From Haliotis rubra (lineage: Eukaryota), in assembly GCF_003918875.1 (NCBI RefSeq), contig NW_025765447.1:682001-746000 (forward strand): a stretch of DNA of 64,000 nt, in the 5' to 3' direction. Numbering within the stretch: position 1 is the first letter of the stretch; each line of letters starts with the position of its first letter. The position numbers and the translations under genes were made by a program. This document shows positions 1-11,790 of the stretch, in pieces. The notes beneath the pieces are model-generated. The model had not been told where the DNA came from. It searched no databases and worked only from the letters and a program-made list of their open reading frames with translations.

Positions 1-691
1 AATATAAAATGTCGATAAGGGTCCTTTTGCCGATCAATTACACTTTGTCCCTGCCCGCTAGGTGGCGTCATGATCAACGCTCACCTGTATACCTTTGATC
101 TGCAGATACCTGCATCATTAGGTGACCTCAACCGACTTCAGGTTGATAAACTCAATCTAGTCTACGTGCCGTGCATCGCAGTATTAACGTCGCCACAACT
201 CCCAAAGACACTTGGGGCACGTCCATTGGAGCGTTTATAATAACGTCACTTCTCTCACAAAATCAACAGTTAATCGGTTCATAATCACACTTTGTAGAAC
301 ACGCCACAACATTATATATAAAGGGCAAATACTTTTAAGCATTGAACAATGATTTGATATGTGAATAAGAGTTTATAAGTCTCTCACAAACTGATATAGA
401 CCGACGTCCTTAACGCTGGTCGCCATTACCGTTCAGCCCTCAGCCATGCCCGGCTCCACAGCCCCACACCCTCGCTCAGCTCGACACACCGCTAAAGTGC
501 TATATCGTTCCAGGCGGTTGCAGTTTACGGGACTTGTCACCCGACATGACATTCTACATAAACAACACATTTCTCTCGTCTCCTTTAATATGTCCATTAA
601 CGTGACACTTTCTCCGGTTGCGCTTCATGCTTCCATGGTTACGGCTGACGTCACAGGCTCCGGATGAACATACTTCCACACTATTACCGTA

Positions 692-1684
692 CTAACGTTT
701 CCTATGAACTTTCAAATGTTTCGAGAGATGGTCTGAACGTGAAAATCTCTTCTCACAGATTTTACACTGATATGGTTTAATCCCGGAATGAGAGCGTTTA
801 TGACGGGCAAGTTCGTCGGATCTCGAGAACCTCCATCCACAACCTGGCCACGTGCACTCGAATGGTTTTTCACCTGTATGACGACGAAGATGGGCTTTTA
901 GATGCGATGACTTGCTATACACTTTGTTACACCCTGCATAGGTACAGTGGTATATTTTGTCCTCTAAACGATCCCCCTTTGCATGATTTGGGAGTTTGGG
1001 GGACGGTGTCTTCAGCGTTCTGATCTTAACGTCCTCTAGAATACTTGTTTGTGTCAGCAATGACTTGGCACCATTGGTAGGAAGTCTGTAGTGACCGGTC
1101 TGGGAAACCTGGGCTAGAGCACCGTAGTTCACCTGTCGCTGCAGCAGGGATGGATGGGGGTGATGGAGGGTATGTTGTGGGGGTAAGGCAGGCTGACGGT
1201 GGGGTTCTGCAAACGCTGCTTTGCTTGCATAGTTATGCATGAGGTTTTGCAAGCCTACACCCAGCACCACAAAGTCATTGTTACTTGTTGGCACGGTAAA
1301 CGTTTCCTCTGCCGGCTCAGCTTCTCTGGGTGGTGGTGCTATTGGCTTTTGAGTACAATAAGGTACACTGTTCACAGAAGAATCACAGACAACGGGGACC
1401 GGCGTTACTGGCTGATGAATTACAGGGGGTGCTTGACACATAGGGGGTGCCTTGGGGGTGCTTACCCCATTTTTTTCCACAGCGTCCACAAGGCCCTGGC
1501 TGAACAGATAGTCCAAATACACGTCATCGTCAAGGCTCTCCAAGCTCCACACCGACGACGATGGACTGTGACTCCGTAAGTCGTCAAGGCTGCTGGCGTC
1601 ACTTTCCTCCCCGGCTGAATTGAGTCGCTGGAGGGTGAACTGCTCGCGTTCAAGACTGGAGACGAGGGGTAAGAAATCCTCCAT
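692..1684 (-). CDS. KLF15: Kruppel-like factor, KLF15-like C2H2 zinc-finger transcription factor (single coding exon)
   Basis: Three C-terminal C2H2 fingers ([72 protein letters not shown]). The [20 protein letters not shown] and RSHSG residues are KLF15-type. First in-frame ATG at 1684 (the ORF track starts at a GTG); frame is open up to a ctcatag acceptor at 1768. Confidence 0.9.
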   Translation of the reverse strand: MEDFLPLVSSLEREQFTLQRLNSAGEESDASSLDDLRSHSPSSSVWSLESLDDDVYLDYLFSQGLVDAVEKNGVSTPKAPPMCQAPPVIHQPVTPVPVVCDSSVNSVPYCTQKPIAPPPREAEPAEETFTVPTSNNDFVVLGVGLQNLMHNYASKAAFAEPHRQPALPPQHTLHHPHPSLLQRQVNYGALAQVSQTGHYRLPTNGAKSLLTQTSILEDVKIRTLKTPSPKLPNHAKGDRLEDKIYHCTYAGCNKVYSKSSHLKAHLRRHTGEKPFECTWPGCGWRFSRSDELARHKRSHSGIKPYQCKICEKRFSRSDHLSKHLKVHRKR

Positions 1685-1838
1685 CCTCACCCCCTCAAAG
1701 AGGTTCTCTATCCACGAGTCGGCCAGGGTGATGCTAGCGGTGTGTCCACTCTTGAGATGGTGATGAACCTATGAGTGACAGCGTTATCTCTGTCCTGTTG
1801 AGCGACAGAGGGATACCCCGGAGAATGAGGCCCTCGAC

Positions 1839-1891
1839 TATATATAGCTCATATATTCTCCTTCTCGCTGTGCACAGCGGGCAGCGATTGG
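1839..1891 (-). promoter_or_regulatory. Candidate proximal promoter of the KLF gene (TATA-like and CCAAT boxes)
   Basis: TATATATA at 1839-1846 and CCAAT (attgg on +) at 1887-1891, in the correct order for minus-strand transcription. Confidence 0.4.
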
Positions 1892-4800
1892 CTAGCAGCA
1901 AATCGCAACGACGGGAACATGTGATTAAGACTGAGAATTTTCGCCCTCTTTAAGTGTAATTTTACACCGAATCATTTGCATACAATCCCTTCGTATTTCC
2001 CAAGTCCGAGCATGTTGTGACAATCCTCTGCGCCCGTACTCTCCACGCTTTTACTCTCGTGTACACATCAACACACACAGCCGTCAACTGAGGTCGTTAC
2101 ACAAGACCTACTTCGTACACAACGTACCGTTATCCTTCCTCGTGGCTGTCAAGCCTATAGCTAGGGGTACTTTGTCACCGCTCGCCTTTCCCTCACTTAA
2201 TAGATGTAGCTTTCCCCTGTACGTAACCCCTGGTCAGCTGAATCCAACATCAACGTCCCCCTACCTCGGCATGTTATGCATATGTCCCCGACGTGACATT
2301 CACTTCAAGTCATGGCGCTTGCAGTGGGTCCATGTAACCGATGACCGGCTTATACGCTCACTCAACGTACAAGAAACTCACTATTAAATCCTGATCCTAT
2401 CTTGCCACTGCGTATATCCAGCGGTTCGTGGTATGCGTCCCCGCAGTGCGAAACTTCACACCAACTACTTGTTGCATATCCGTTTTGCCTGGTGCAATTT
2501 GAAATGCCAGCCGGTGACACTGGAGGGTTGTGGTACTGACCACCACGGTGGAGTGTGTGTCGTTGTGCCGGTGGGGGATATGAATGAACAAAGACTATTG
2601 CTTGTTGACACCTTGTCACAGAGCGCAGTGTCCCCAAAACGCTTCCATCAACTGCCGCTTAAAATGCTATTGTCATATCTTCAACAAGTTTAAGTCCCAT
2701 TAAAGCTGTGTTAAATGTGTTCCCTGTAAACAGAGTAGTTCTTAAGGATTAGACAAATTCCCGGACTGAGATGGGGGGCCACGTCCTTCCTCACTGCCGC
2801 GTCCGTGACTGGACATCAGGTATTTTCCGTCAAGTTCTCTCTGAAATAGCGAGATGAATGAATTTGGTCGCAGCGACGGGATTCCGCGTCAACTCACGGG
2901 AACAGGTTGACACAGGCTCGGAAATAGCCGAAATCAAACAGACTCGCGTGGTCATCTTCATCTGTCCCTCCTCCGCAGCCAGTCAGGTCGTTGTGTCAAC
3001 ATATTCCATCTTCCAGTTGAATACCTCTTCCTTCAGATGTCATCTACGTTTTACCTTCAGCGAAACCGGTGAAAATAGCGCTCTGGCTTATAAACACAGT
3101 ATGCATTCCAAATGAACATCTGTGTGCTCTGAATGACTATGTCGGAGCATCGGTTAATTGCCTATGCGTGGGAATATATATGAATATATCAAAAAGTAGA
3201 CAGGTGTTTCAGTGGCGAACCTACATAATTGCAGGTGCAAATGATACGTAGTGTATGTGCGGACGAAAATCGCGAGGTAATAACATATGTAACGTGACGA
3301 GTTTTAATTCTAAAACTGCATTTTTTAAATATTCATTTAAAATAGAAGCCATTATTTTTGTAGTTAAAGCAATGACACATTTTGCTTTGTGAAATGAATT
3401 CTTAAGTATTTTATTCAGCTATAAGGAGAATTTACAAGGAGGGTGGCACCAGAAATTGGCCTCGCACTACTGTACCCATATGGGGAGTAGAACCCGGTCC
3501 ATTTTCGTGACGGGACGAATTAACCACTCGATTACCTCGGCACCCTTGCTGTGTATTAATAACTTGTCATATATTTCTTTTACGCCACATTAGCAATATC
3601 CTGTTGTATACGGAAATCTGTAAATAAACAAGTCAGGATCAAACGATCCAGTGATCAACATCATGAGCATTGATCCACACATTTGGGATCCACTGCCATG
3701 CTATCAACGACGTCAGCAAACTATAAGGTGAATATAGACTTACATATTGACTGAAACTCCTATAACATCAATGCATGGTCAAGTGGTCCTTTGATGTCCA
3801 GCTAATAAGCACGGCATACAGATATGCAGAATAGGTGAACTTCCTGAAATCCATAACCACCGGAACGGTGGGTAGCCTAGTGGTTAAAGCGTGGACTCAT
3901 CACGCCGGGTTTAATTCCCCACATGGGTACAATGTGTGAAGCCCATTTCTGGTTTCCCCCGCCGCGATATTGCTGGAACATTGCTAAAAGCGGCGTAAAA
4001 CCATACTCACAATCACTCACCATAACTACCAAATTCATGGAAAAGTAGTAATAGAATGTACTTTGCCTAGAGTGAGTAAATTGGGTTTATATATGGCGCT
4101 CTTAGCAATATTCCAGGATTATCACGGCAGGGGAACTCCCGAAATGGGCTTCACACATTGTACCCATGTGGGGAATTAAACCCGGCGGGCCTTTAATTCC
4201 ACGCTTTAACCACTAGGCTACCCCTAAGGGACACAGAGGTAAGTCTGATGCATGTCATGTTGCCTTGAAGAATATGTTTTCAACACTCTGTGTACTGGAT
4301 ATATTCCCAGATATTACTACATACATCAGTAAACAATAAACCAGTTGTCAATGGGTTGGCTAGATGTGTATGATACATGTAATCTTTCATTCACGAATGT
4401 TTTAAGCTATTTTAGTATTTTATTTAAACAACATTATGCGTTGATATGGCTCACTTATATTTTCAGAAAGCAACTTGTCAAATTCAGATGTTAAATATGC
4501 GCATGTGTTTTGATGGATTATCTATCGAGACTGGTTATTTTCTGGCTTTGGCTCTGTATATCTTTTGAATTAATTAATCCTTTGACAGTTTCTACAAAGA
4601 GTCACATACTAACTAACTCTGCTTATCCCAGTGGAGTGCATGCACTTGTAACTTTGAGTGATCTGAAGTTGTGATTGTTTGTGCCCTCGCCAGCTTAACC
4701 ACTTTCCGCACACATCAGATGTCGCTGGCTAACGACTCAGTTTATTTCATGATATGTCCGGAAGTATATCCCCTCAATGTTCAGCTTGGCCGGGGTACGT

Positions 4801-6363
4801 TGTATTGTCAGAGGAAACTTGGAGCATAAACCCCACCACTTCACTTGGCGCCACTTGTACGAATCTGGAGGGGGGTAATCGCGCGTTCGACTTTCGGGGG
4901 AAACCCTGCCAATCACCCCCAGCGTCAAGTACTTGAACCACGTGCATAAAACGAGATGTGGTACTGCATGAGATTGGCACTTCTCGAGATTTCTCGGAGG
5001 ACCTCGCCAGAGTGACACTTACCTCCTTCCTGTTCCAGTCTTCATTCACAACTGGCTCACCATGAGATTACATAGTATTTCGCTGTGAGAGTCTCACACG
5101 TACTGTGCACGTGTACAACGGCAGTCGCGCTCGATGCCAGTTCACTAAATGTGGGAGTGAGCGAGTCATGGTTCTGTTGTTTACTGTTTAACGTCTCTCA
5201 CAGTAATATTCCTGCCGTATGGAAGCGATCTGGACTAGACACTACAGTCATCAATATCATTAGCATCGAGCTACGCAATTGGTGTGGGTGAGTGAGTGAG
5301 TGAGTATGGTTTTACGCCGCTTATAGCAATATTGCAGCAATATCACTGCGGGGAACACCAGAAACGGTCTTCACATATTGTACCCATGTGGGGAATAGAA
5401 GCCGGACCTTCGGCGTGACGAGCCAACGCTTTAACCACTAGGCTATCCCACCCGACCCTCTATGCAATTGGGTTACGATGACATATGTCAACCAAGTAAA
5501 CGAGCCTTTCTACCTTATCCCGTTTGTCGCCTCTTACAGTTCTAACCTTCGGGGTTATATACTACCGGTGGGACAGAACTTGCTAACACATTTTGCTATC
5601 ACCTGGTCATTACTGATTTTCAGTGGTCCATTAATATTATTTTCACCGCTCTATCGCCCTCTGGGATTAATGAATGGAATCTGTCGGTAAATAATCGAGA
5701 CAGTTTAGTCTCCGGCTTTGAGGGGCCAATTTCTGGTGCCCCGCCTTGCTATTGCTGGAATATTGCTAAAAACTGCGTAATACATAACTCACTCACTCAG
5801 TCTGGCGTTGACGTTTTATATTAACGTGGGTTAATCCGGACGATTACATTGGAATAGTTTTGATTAACGAGGTTCGCTATGCGCGACATTTTCTGTATCT
5901 ATGCAGCTATATCTGACCAATCAGCGTCTCCGCCGGCCCCCTGCCTACATACAGAGGAACCAAGGATGTAATTGGCAACATTTCGCCCCTGACGTAGAAC
6001 TACAGAGAGATCTGCAAGGTCACTGGTTCCTGCAGCACAGTGAGGGCGGGGACCCTTTCTGTTGTCGACGAGATAAGTATCGTTATTGTGAAGGGTTTGT
6101 TTTGAATTGATGTTGCTCAGTTGGGTAGTTCAACACCATATTTGATGATGAATAGATCACAATCTAGCTTTAGCATGTCATCAGTGTCTCTGTACAAACA
6201 AATCACGTACACGTTCATAAGAGAATGTGTCATGGTTAAAGATATTAAGTTAAAGCTTTAAAATAGTCTTTATTACCTTTAATAAAATAATCGATGAATA
6301 AAATGTACGTTTTGCATCCGTTTCAATTTCCCCACCCGACTACAGATAAGATTCCCACGAAAT

Positions 6364-6880
6364 GACACACTCCAATCTCCACTGACTTTGACACGCTCCT
6401 CCCCAATCTCCACGGACTTCAACACACTCCTCCCCAATCTCCACTGACTTTGACACCCTCCTCCCCAATCTCCACTGACTTTGACACACTCCTCACCAAT
6501 CTCCACGGACTTTGACACACTCCTCACCAATCTTCGTTGAGTTTGACACTCTCCTCACCAATCTCCACGGACTTTGACACACTCCTCCCCAATCTCCGTG
6601 GACTTTGACACCCTCCTCGCCAATCTCCACAGACGTTGGCACACTCCTCACCAATCTCCACAGACTTTGACACACTCCTCACCAATCTTCGTTGAGTTTG
6701 ACACTCTCCTCACCAATCTCCACGGACTTTGACACACTCCTCCCCAATCTCCGTGGACTTTGACACACTCCTCGCCAATCTCCACGGACTTTGACACACT
6801 CCTCACCAATCTCCACGGACTTTGACACACTCCTCCTCACCAATCTCACCAATCTTGAGCACTTTGACACTCCAAACTTT
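6364..6880. repeat. 31-bp minisatellite
   Basis: Unit ccaatctccacggactttgacacactcctca, about 16 copies. Confidence 0.95.
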
Positions 6881-7195
6881 GACTCACCAAATCTCCTTGT
6901 TACCTCTTGATGGGTATGCCCCCAATCCCGTGGGTTGTGAATCCTCACTTATTATCTTTATTGGTTTGCCAGATCCTCCCCCCTGCCTACCACTTCAACA
7001 CACACGTTGAGCTACTGCTAACAGCGGATTCAAACCCAGCTCGATCACAGACTACCACAATGGACTGAAACTGTTCGCTATATTAATACAAGCACGTATT
7101 TTATGTACATGTGCCGTGCTACGTACCAGAGATAGGGCACCAAACACGATTCACATTTCATAGTTTTACGTATATGGTACCTACTGTAAGAACAA

Positions 7196-7441
7196 ACCCG
7201 TGAAGGTCCGGGTTAGAATTGATCTTCAGTAACCGAAGCTTGTCGTAAGAGGCGACCAATGGGATCAGGTGGTCAGGCTCGCTGATTTGGTTGACACATG
7301 TCATCGTATCCCAATTGCGTAGATCGATGCTCATGCTGTTGATCAATGGATTGTGTGGTCCAGACACAATTATTTACAGACCACCACTATATAGGAATAC
7401 TGCTGAGTGCGGCGTAAAACAACAAACCAACCAATCAACCA
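7196..7441 (+). mobile_element. SINE-like family B (about 245 bp, non-tRNA head; representative copy)
   Basis: TSD actgtaagaa (7183-7192, 7442-7451), (CAAC)n tail. Other copies at about 5160-5553-, 7962-8090-, 9222-9461-, 20835-21196-, 28499-28740+, 32325-32440-, 44584-44786+, 45166-45420+, 47420-47617-, 53482-53720-, 61919-61980-, 63299-63497+, 63514-63735-. Confidence 0.88.
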
Positions 7442-8499
7442 ACTGTAAGAATCATAAAGCATATAAAAGGTGTCTATGAACTATCGTATCATTAAAGAAA
7501 TATTACGTATGAAGTATAAGTCATGATCCATGGCCTCTCAACCTAATGACAGTTTGTCTGCAGTGATGTTGGACACGAAGCCGGTTGCACTGGTTGGACG
7601 CACGTTACACTCAACCCGGTACAGGCTGCAGGCGCACACGGTCGCCCGTTTGGTAACTGTTTAAGCTTAGATGTTTCACCACACTGAACAAAAAACAGGA
7701 CCTAACAAAAACCGGAGCACATATGTTTGCAAGATCAAAAGGCTTAGACCTTAATTAAATCCAGTCCTTTTATTTAAAACGCTCAAGAGCGTTTGTACGA
7801 CGTTTAACAGCATAATTAGTTTTTTCAAAAGACGTTTTGTTATAATTCAGCAAACACACAAACCGGTACCTTTGAAGAGCCTTTTCAAAGAATGTCTATA
7901 GTTATGGGAGCAAACACTAACATTAATTAATAGCCTGATTCATCTAATATTCTCAGATGTCCGTTGGGTATTTTGGTTGCTTAACGCCGCACTTAACAAT
8001 ATTCAAGACACATGGCGGCGGTCCGTAAATAATCGAGTCTGAACCAGACAATCCAGTGATCAACAGCCTGAGCATCGGTCTACGCAGTTGTTCTCAGATG
8101 TTATGATTAACGTACACAACCAGCAGCGCAAAAGAATGTACAACGTGGAAACGGGGAGGTTTCTATGGATATACAACTTCTTTATTATTTACATGAGCGA
8201 CATTGCGGTGTAGCTCTACTAACACAGAAACGTCGTTCATATTAACAAAGAAGTTATGTGTCCATAGAACTCTCCCCGTTGTTCATCACACCAACTTCAA
8301 ACCAAATCAAAAGAAAGTATTTACTCGAAAACTGGTTTTGAACAAAATTTTACAATAATTATCTTAACATTACTAACCTGGTGGCCGAACCACTGCAAAT
8401 ATATATTTTCTGGAAACAACTTTGGATACCGTATTACATACCTAACCATCAAGAGACAAAATCTTTTTTCAGCAATTTAAGCCACTATCATACATGGGT

Positions 8500-8665
8500 G
8501 GGGCGGTGGGGTAGCCTAATGGTTAAAGCGTTGGCTCGTCACGCCGAAGACCCGGGTTCGAATCCACACATGGGCACAATGTGTGAAGCCCATTTCTGGT
8601 GTCCCCCGCCGTGATGTTGCGGGAATATTCCTAAAAGCGGCGTAAAACTAAACTCAGTCAGACAG
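8500..8665 (+). mobile_element. tRNA-derived SINE family A (representative full-length copy)
   Basis: A-box TAGCCTAATGG, B-box GGTTCGAATCC, (ACTC)n-like tail, TSD tcatacatgggt (8488-8499, 8666-8677). Other copies at about 3863-4020+, 4071-4225-, 5288-5458-, 9704-9885-, 14223-14352+, 14826-14985+, 18979-19123-, 22390-22540-, 22583-22750+, 29231-29382+, 30556-30704+, 44548-44917+, 50085-50192-, 55200-55307-, 60523-60690+. Confidence 0.9.
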
Positions 8666-9221
8666 TCATACATGGGTACATTTTACTCAGCCGTTTATGC
8701 ATTCCGTTTTCATAAGTAAGGTTACACGACACATCAAGTTATCTTAGTTAGCAGTTTTGAAAACTCCAAGAAGCAAAGGTTGGTAATATGTAAGTCAAAT
8801 GTATATATCATCGGAATGTACACCTTTAACACCATATTAATTACATATTTCGCATATATAACTTATCAGGTGTGGCTCGGCTCTTGTCATTCGGCTCCCC
8901 TCATTGAACTTGAGACACTGGGACTATCAGGTGTCCGGCTTTGTGGCGAGTGATCTACATCAGTATTGTCTTGCTGGACGGGTGATTAGTAGTATAATGT
9001 AACATCGGAATTTGGTCGTGACGTAATGAGCCATGACGCGGGTGATCTTAAGGGATATTAATTTCAATATTCTGTCTCAGATATATTCATCGTGCACAAA
9101 CAACGGGACCGTGTACATCATAGTCATAACTAAAAGCTAAGCAGATTGTCAATCATCAAAATTTTCATTATTGTATTTGTGAAAATGTACAATATTAATT
9201 CAATGACGCTAGATCGCTAGG

Positions 9222-9463
9222 TTGGTTTGGTTGGTTTTATGTTCAACGCTGCAATATTCCAACTATATCGCAGCGATCTGTAAATAATCCAGTCTAGACC
9301 AGACAATCCAGTGATCAACAGAATGAGCATCGATCTACACAATTGTGATACGATGACATGTGTCATCCAAGTCAGCGAGCCTGACCACCCGATCCCGTTA
9401 GTCGCTTTTTACGACACGTTTGGGTTGCTGAAGATCAATTCTAACCCGGATCTTCACAGGTCC
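9222..9463 (-). mobile_element. SINE-like family B full-length copy
   Basis: TSD agatcgctagg (9211-9221, 9464-9474). Confidence 0.85.
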
Positions 9464-10028
9464 AGATCGCTAGGAAACAGAACGAAAATATGTCAGTTGA
9501 AAATACATTATTTGGTAGCGTCTCCAGATCCAGTTAAGTTTAGTTATGGAAATAATTGCGTTGTATTTTGCAGTTGATTCACAAGGACCAGTATAGTAGT
9601 AACTGTTACAGTACTTATCAAAGAAAAGTCATCTTGTCATGAGTTTGTCCGTCGTTCATTCCCGACCAGTAACACCATGAATATTCAATGCCATTTAGAA
9701 TAAGTGAGTGAGTGAGTTTAGTTTTACGCTGCTTTTAGCAATATTCCGGAAATATCACGGCGGGGGACACCAGGAATGGGCTTCACACATTGTACCCATG
9801 TGGTGAATCGAACCCGGGTCTTCGGCGTGACGAGCGATCACACACACACACACACACACACAAAACTCCCCCATCCCGCCCGCCATTTAGATTGTAGTCA
9901 GATGTAACATATGGCTGTCTTATCGTGTATATTCCTTTATTCAACAACCCTGAACATCTGCTACTGACCTTCTGCTTAAATCCTTGATAGATAATCTAAT
10001 TAGTCTTATGTTCATGATTAATAAACCG

Positions 10029-10215
10029 ATGATGATGATGACTTCCACGACGACGATGATGATGACTTCGACGACGACGACGACGACGACGATGGTGATG
10101 ATGACTACGACGATGGTGATGCTGATGACGATGACGACGAAGATGACGACAGTATGGATACTGCTTCTGCTGTTGATGATTATTCTATTGCTGCGGTTGC
10201 TGATGATATCATCAT
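10029..10215. repeat. (GAT/GAC)n trinucleotide repeat
   Basis: Direct reading. Confidence 0.9.
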
Positions 10216-10293
10216 AGTCATCATTATCGCAGTAACAACTAAAACGAAGATGGTACCTTGATCTCAGGCCCCAGTTGCAAGAGAGATACATGG

Positions 10294-10431
10294 NNNNNNN
10301 NNNNNNNNNNNNNNNNNNNNNNNNNNNNNNNNNNNNNNNNNNNNNNNNNNNNNNNNNNNNNNNNNNNNNNNNNNNNNNNNNNNNNNNNNNNNNNNNNNNN
10401 NNNNNNNNNNNNNNNNNNNNNNNNNNNNNNN
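10294..10431. other. Assembly gap
   Basis: Run of N. Confidence 1.
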
Positions 10432-10903
10432 CCCCCATTGGCTCCGCCAACGCAAAAAAAAAAATCTTCAATGTTGTCTTAAGTCATTTTTAAAAAGGGG
10501 TGGGGGTGGTGGGTTCGAACCCCCTGAACCCCCCCTCTGGATCCGCCAATGGACTATGACTAAAATGTCGAAATTTAATCTGTCCCGATTTAATGGTGTA
10601 CTTGTAAGATTGTCTTAGATAGGCGCCGTGAGTCCTTGTTATTCACAAGATGTGCGTTCCGGGATTGGTGTACAGATTGTGCGTGAACGAACCCCGGTGT
10701 ACTGGGAGAGGAGCGACATCAACGTGGCCCCACTCCACCGCGCTAATCGGCCGCTATCTCCAGTATCTGCTGATAGGACATGTGCCCACTACAATGGTCT
10801 CTGATTAAGTATATGAATACCACTTATACATTTGATGCCGATTTGGTTTCTTTAGCCACAATAGATGAGTTTCCATTGTCGGACTGTTCGTGGTGTGCAT
10901 ATA

Positions 10904-11063
10904 TACTGAGAGAAACAAATAAGGGAACACGGGAAAATTCAAGCGTTCCTTTAATATTTTCCAGTTTTCATCACCAGCTTTGAATAGCACTGTGGGACGA
11001 TATCTGAAAATAAATAAAGGAGCATGCCAAGAAGTGGTGTTCCCTTATTTGTTTCCCTCAGTA
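10904..11063. mobile_element. Tc1/mariner-type MITE
   Basis: TIR tactgagagaaacaaataagggaacac / gtgttcccttatttgtttccctcagta, TA flanks. Confidence 0.75.
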
Positions 11064-11631
11064 TATGAATGCTTTATGAAGACCAGTGTCAGTTGTGGCG
11101 ATATAACGAGGTTTATATTTTCACGATGTCGATAAATCAAGACGCGTTTTAAGACCATGGTTGAAACCAAAAACTGCTTCATGACAATTGCTGTAAGACG
11201 CGTTATGAAAAATTGCAATTTACGTATGAATCCGGGTTGAACATTGTGGTTTACAGTTCCCTTAATTTTGTCCGGTGTTTATTACCACACCCAGCAGTTT
11301 TACAGTATCTAGTCAAGTCTGCACCAAATAACCTAGTGATTGACATCATGAGCATTAAGACCCAATTGTCACCCAGAACGTTACGGCACAATCACTCGAT
11401 TATCAACAGACAACCGTCACATGACCAGTATATCGCTGAGTGTGACTAACGAAGTCTGGTTGTCAGGCTCGCTGACTTTGTTAATGATGTACGACACCGA
11501 ATAAGAAGTGCGTTGGTGGGTGTTCTTGATGTCAGACACTAATTCTGTCAAGACTAGATTATTTACATGCAGAATGTATACAACCAGATTAATACTGAGT
11601 TCGACGTTACCCACCTCCCCCTTCACCGCCA

Positions 11632-11790
11632 CTAATAAATAAATAAAGAAAGAAAGAAAGAAAGAAATAATAAAATTCACATATAAATAAATGTGTATAT
11701 AAACGTATAAGTCAATGAATAAATAAATGAATGAGAGAATGAGTGAGTTAGAGAGTGAGTGAGTGAGTGAATGAATGACTAAATAAATAA
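11632..11790. repeat. Compound tetranucleotide microsatellite (AAAT/AAAG/GAGT)
   Basis: Direct reading. Confidence 0.8.

Noticed and set aside
4737-5049. Overlapping ORFs upstream of KLF as a separate gene
   Set aside because: Short, GTG-initiated, no recognisable motif and no consistent exon chain.
7196-7263. Classifying the SINE B head as an HDV-like ribozyme
   Set aside because: Although hairpin-CUAA-stem resembles P4/J4-2/P2, the P3/L3/P1.1 signature and an internal P1 are missing.
7158-7479. Recurring short ORFs such as MSIDLRNWDTMTCVNQ and MCEAHFWCPPP
   Set aside because: These are translations of SINE A/B copies, not genes.
8500-8575. tRNA genes at SINE heads (also near 13190-13255 and 37585-37657)
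   Set aside because: A/B boxes run straight into SINE bodies with TSDs; no complete cloverleaf or terminator.
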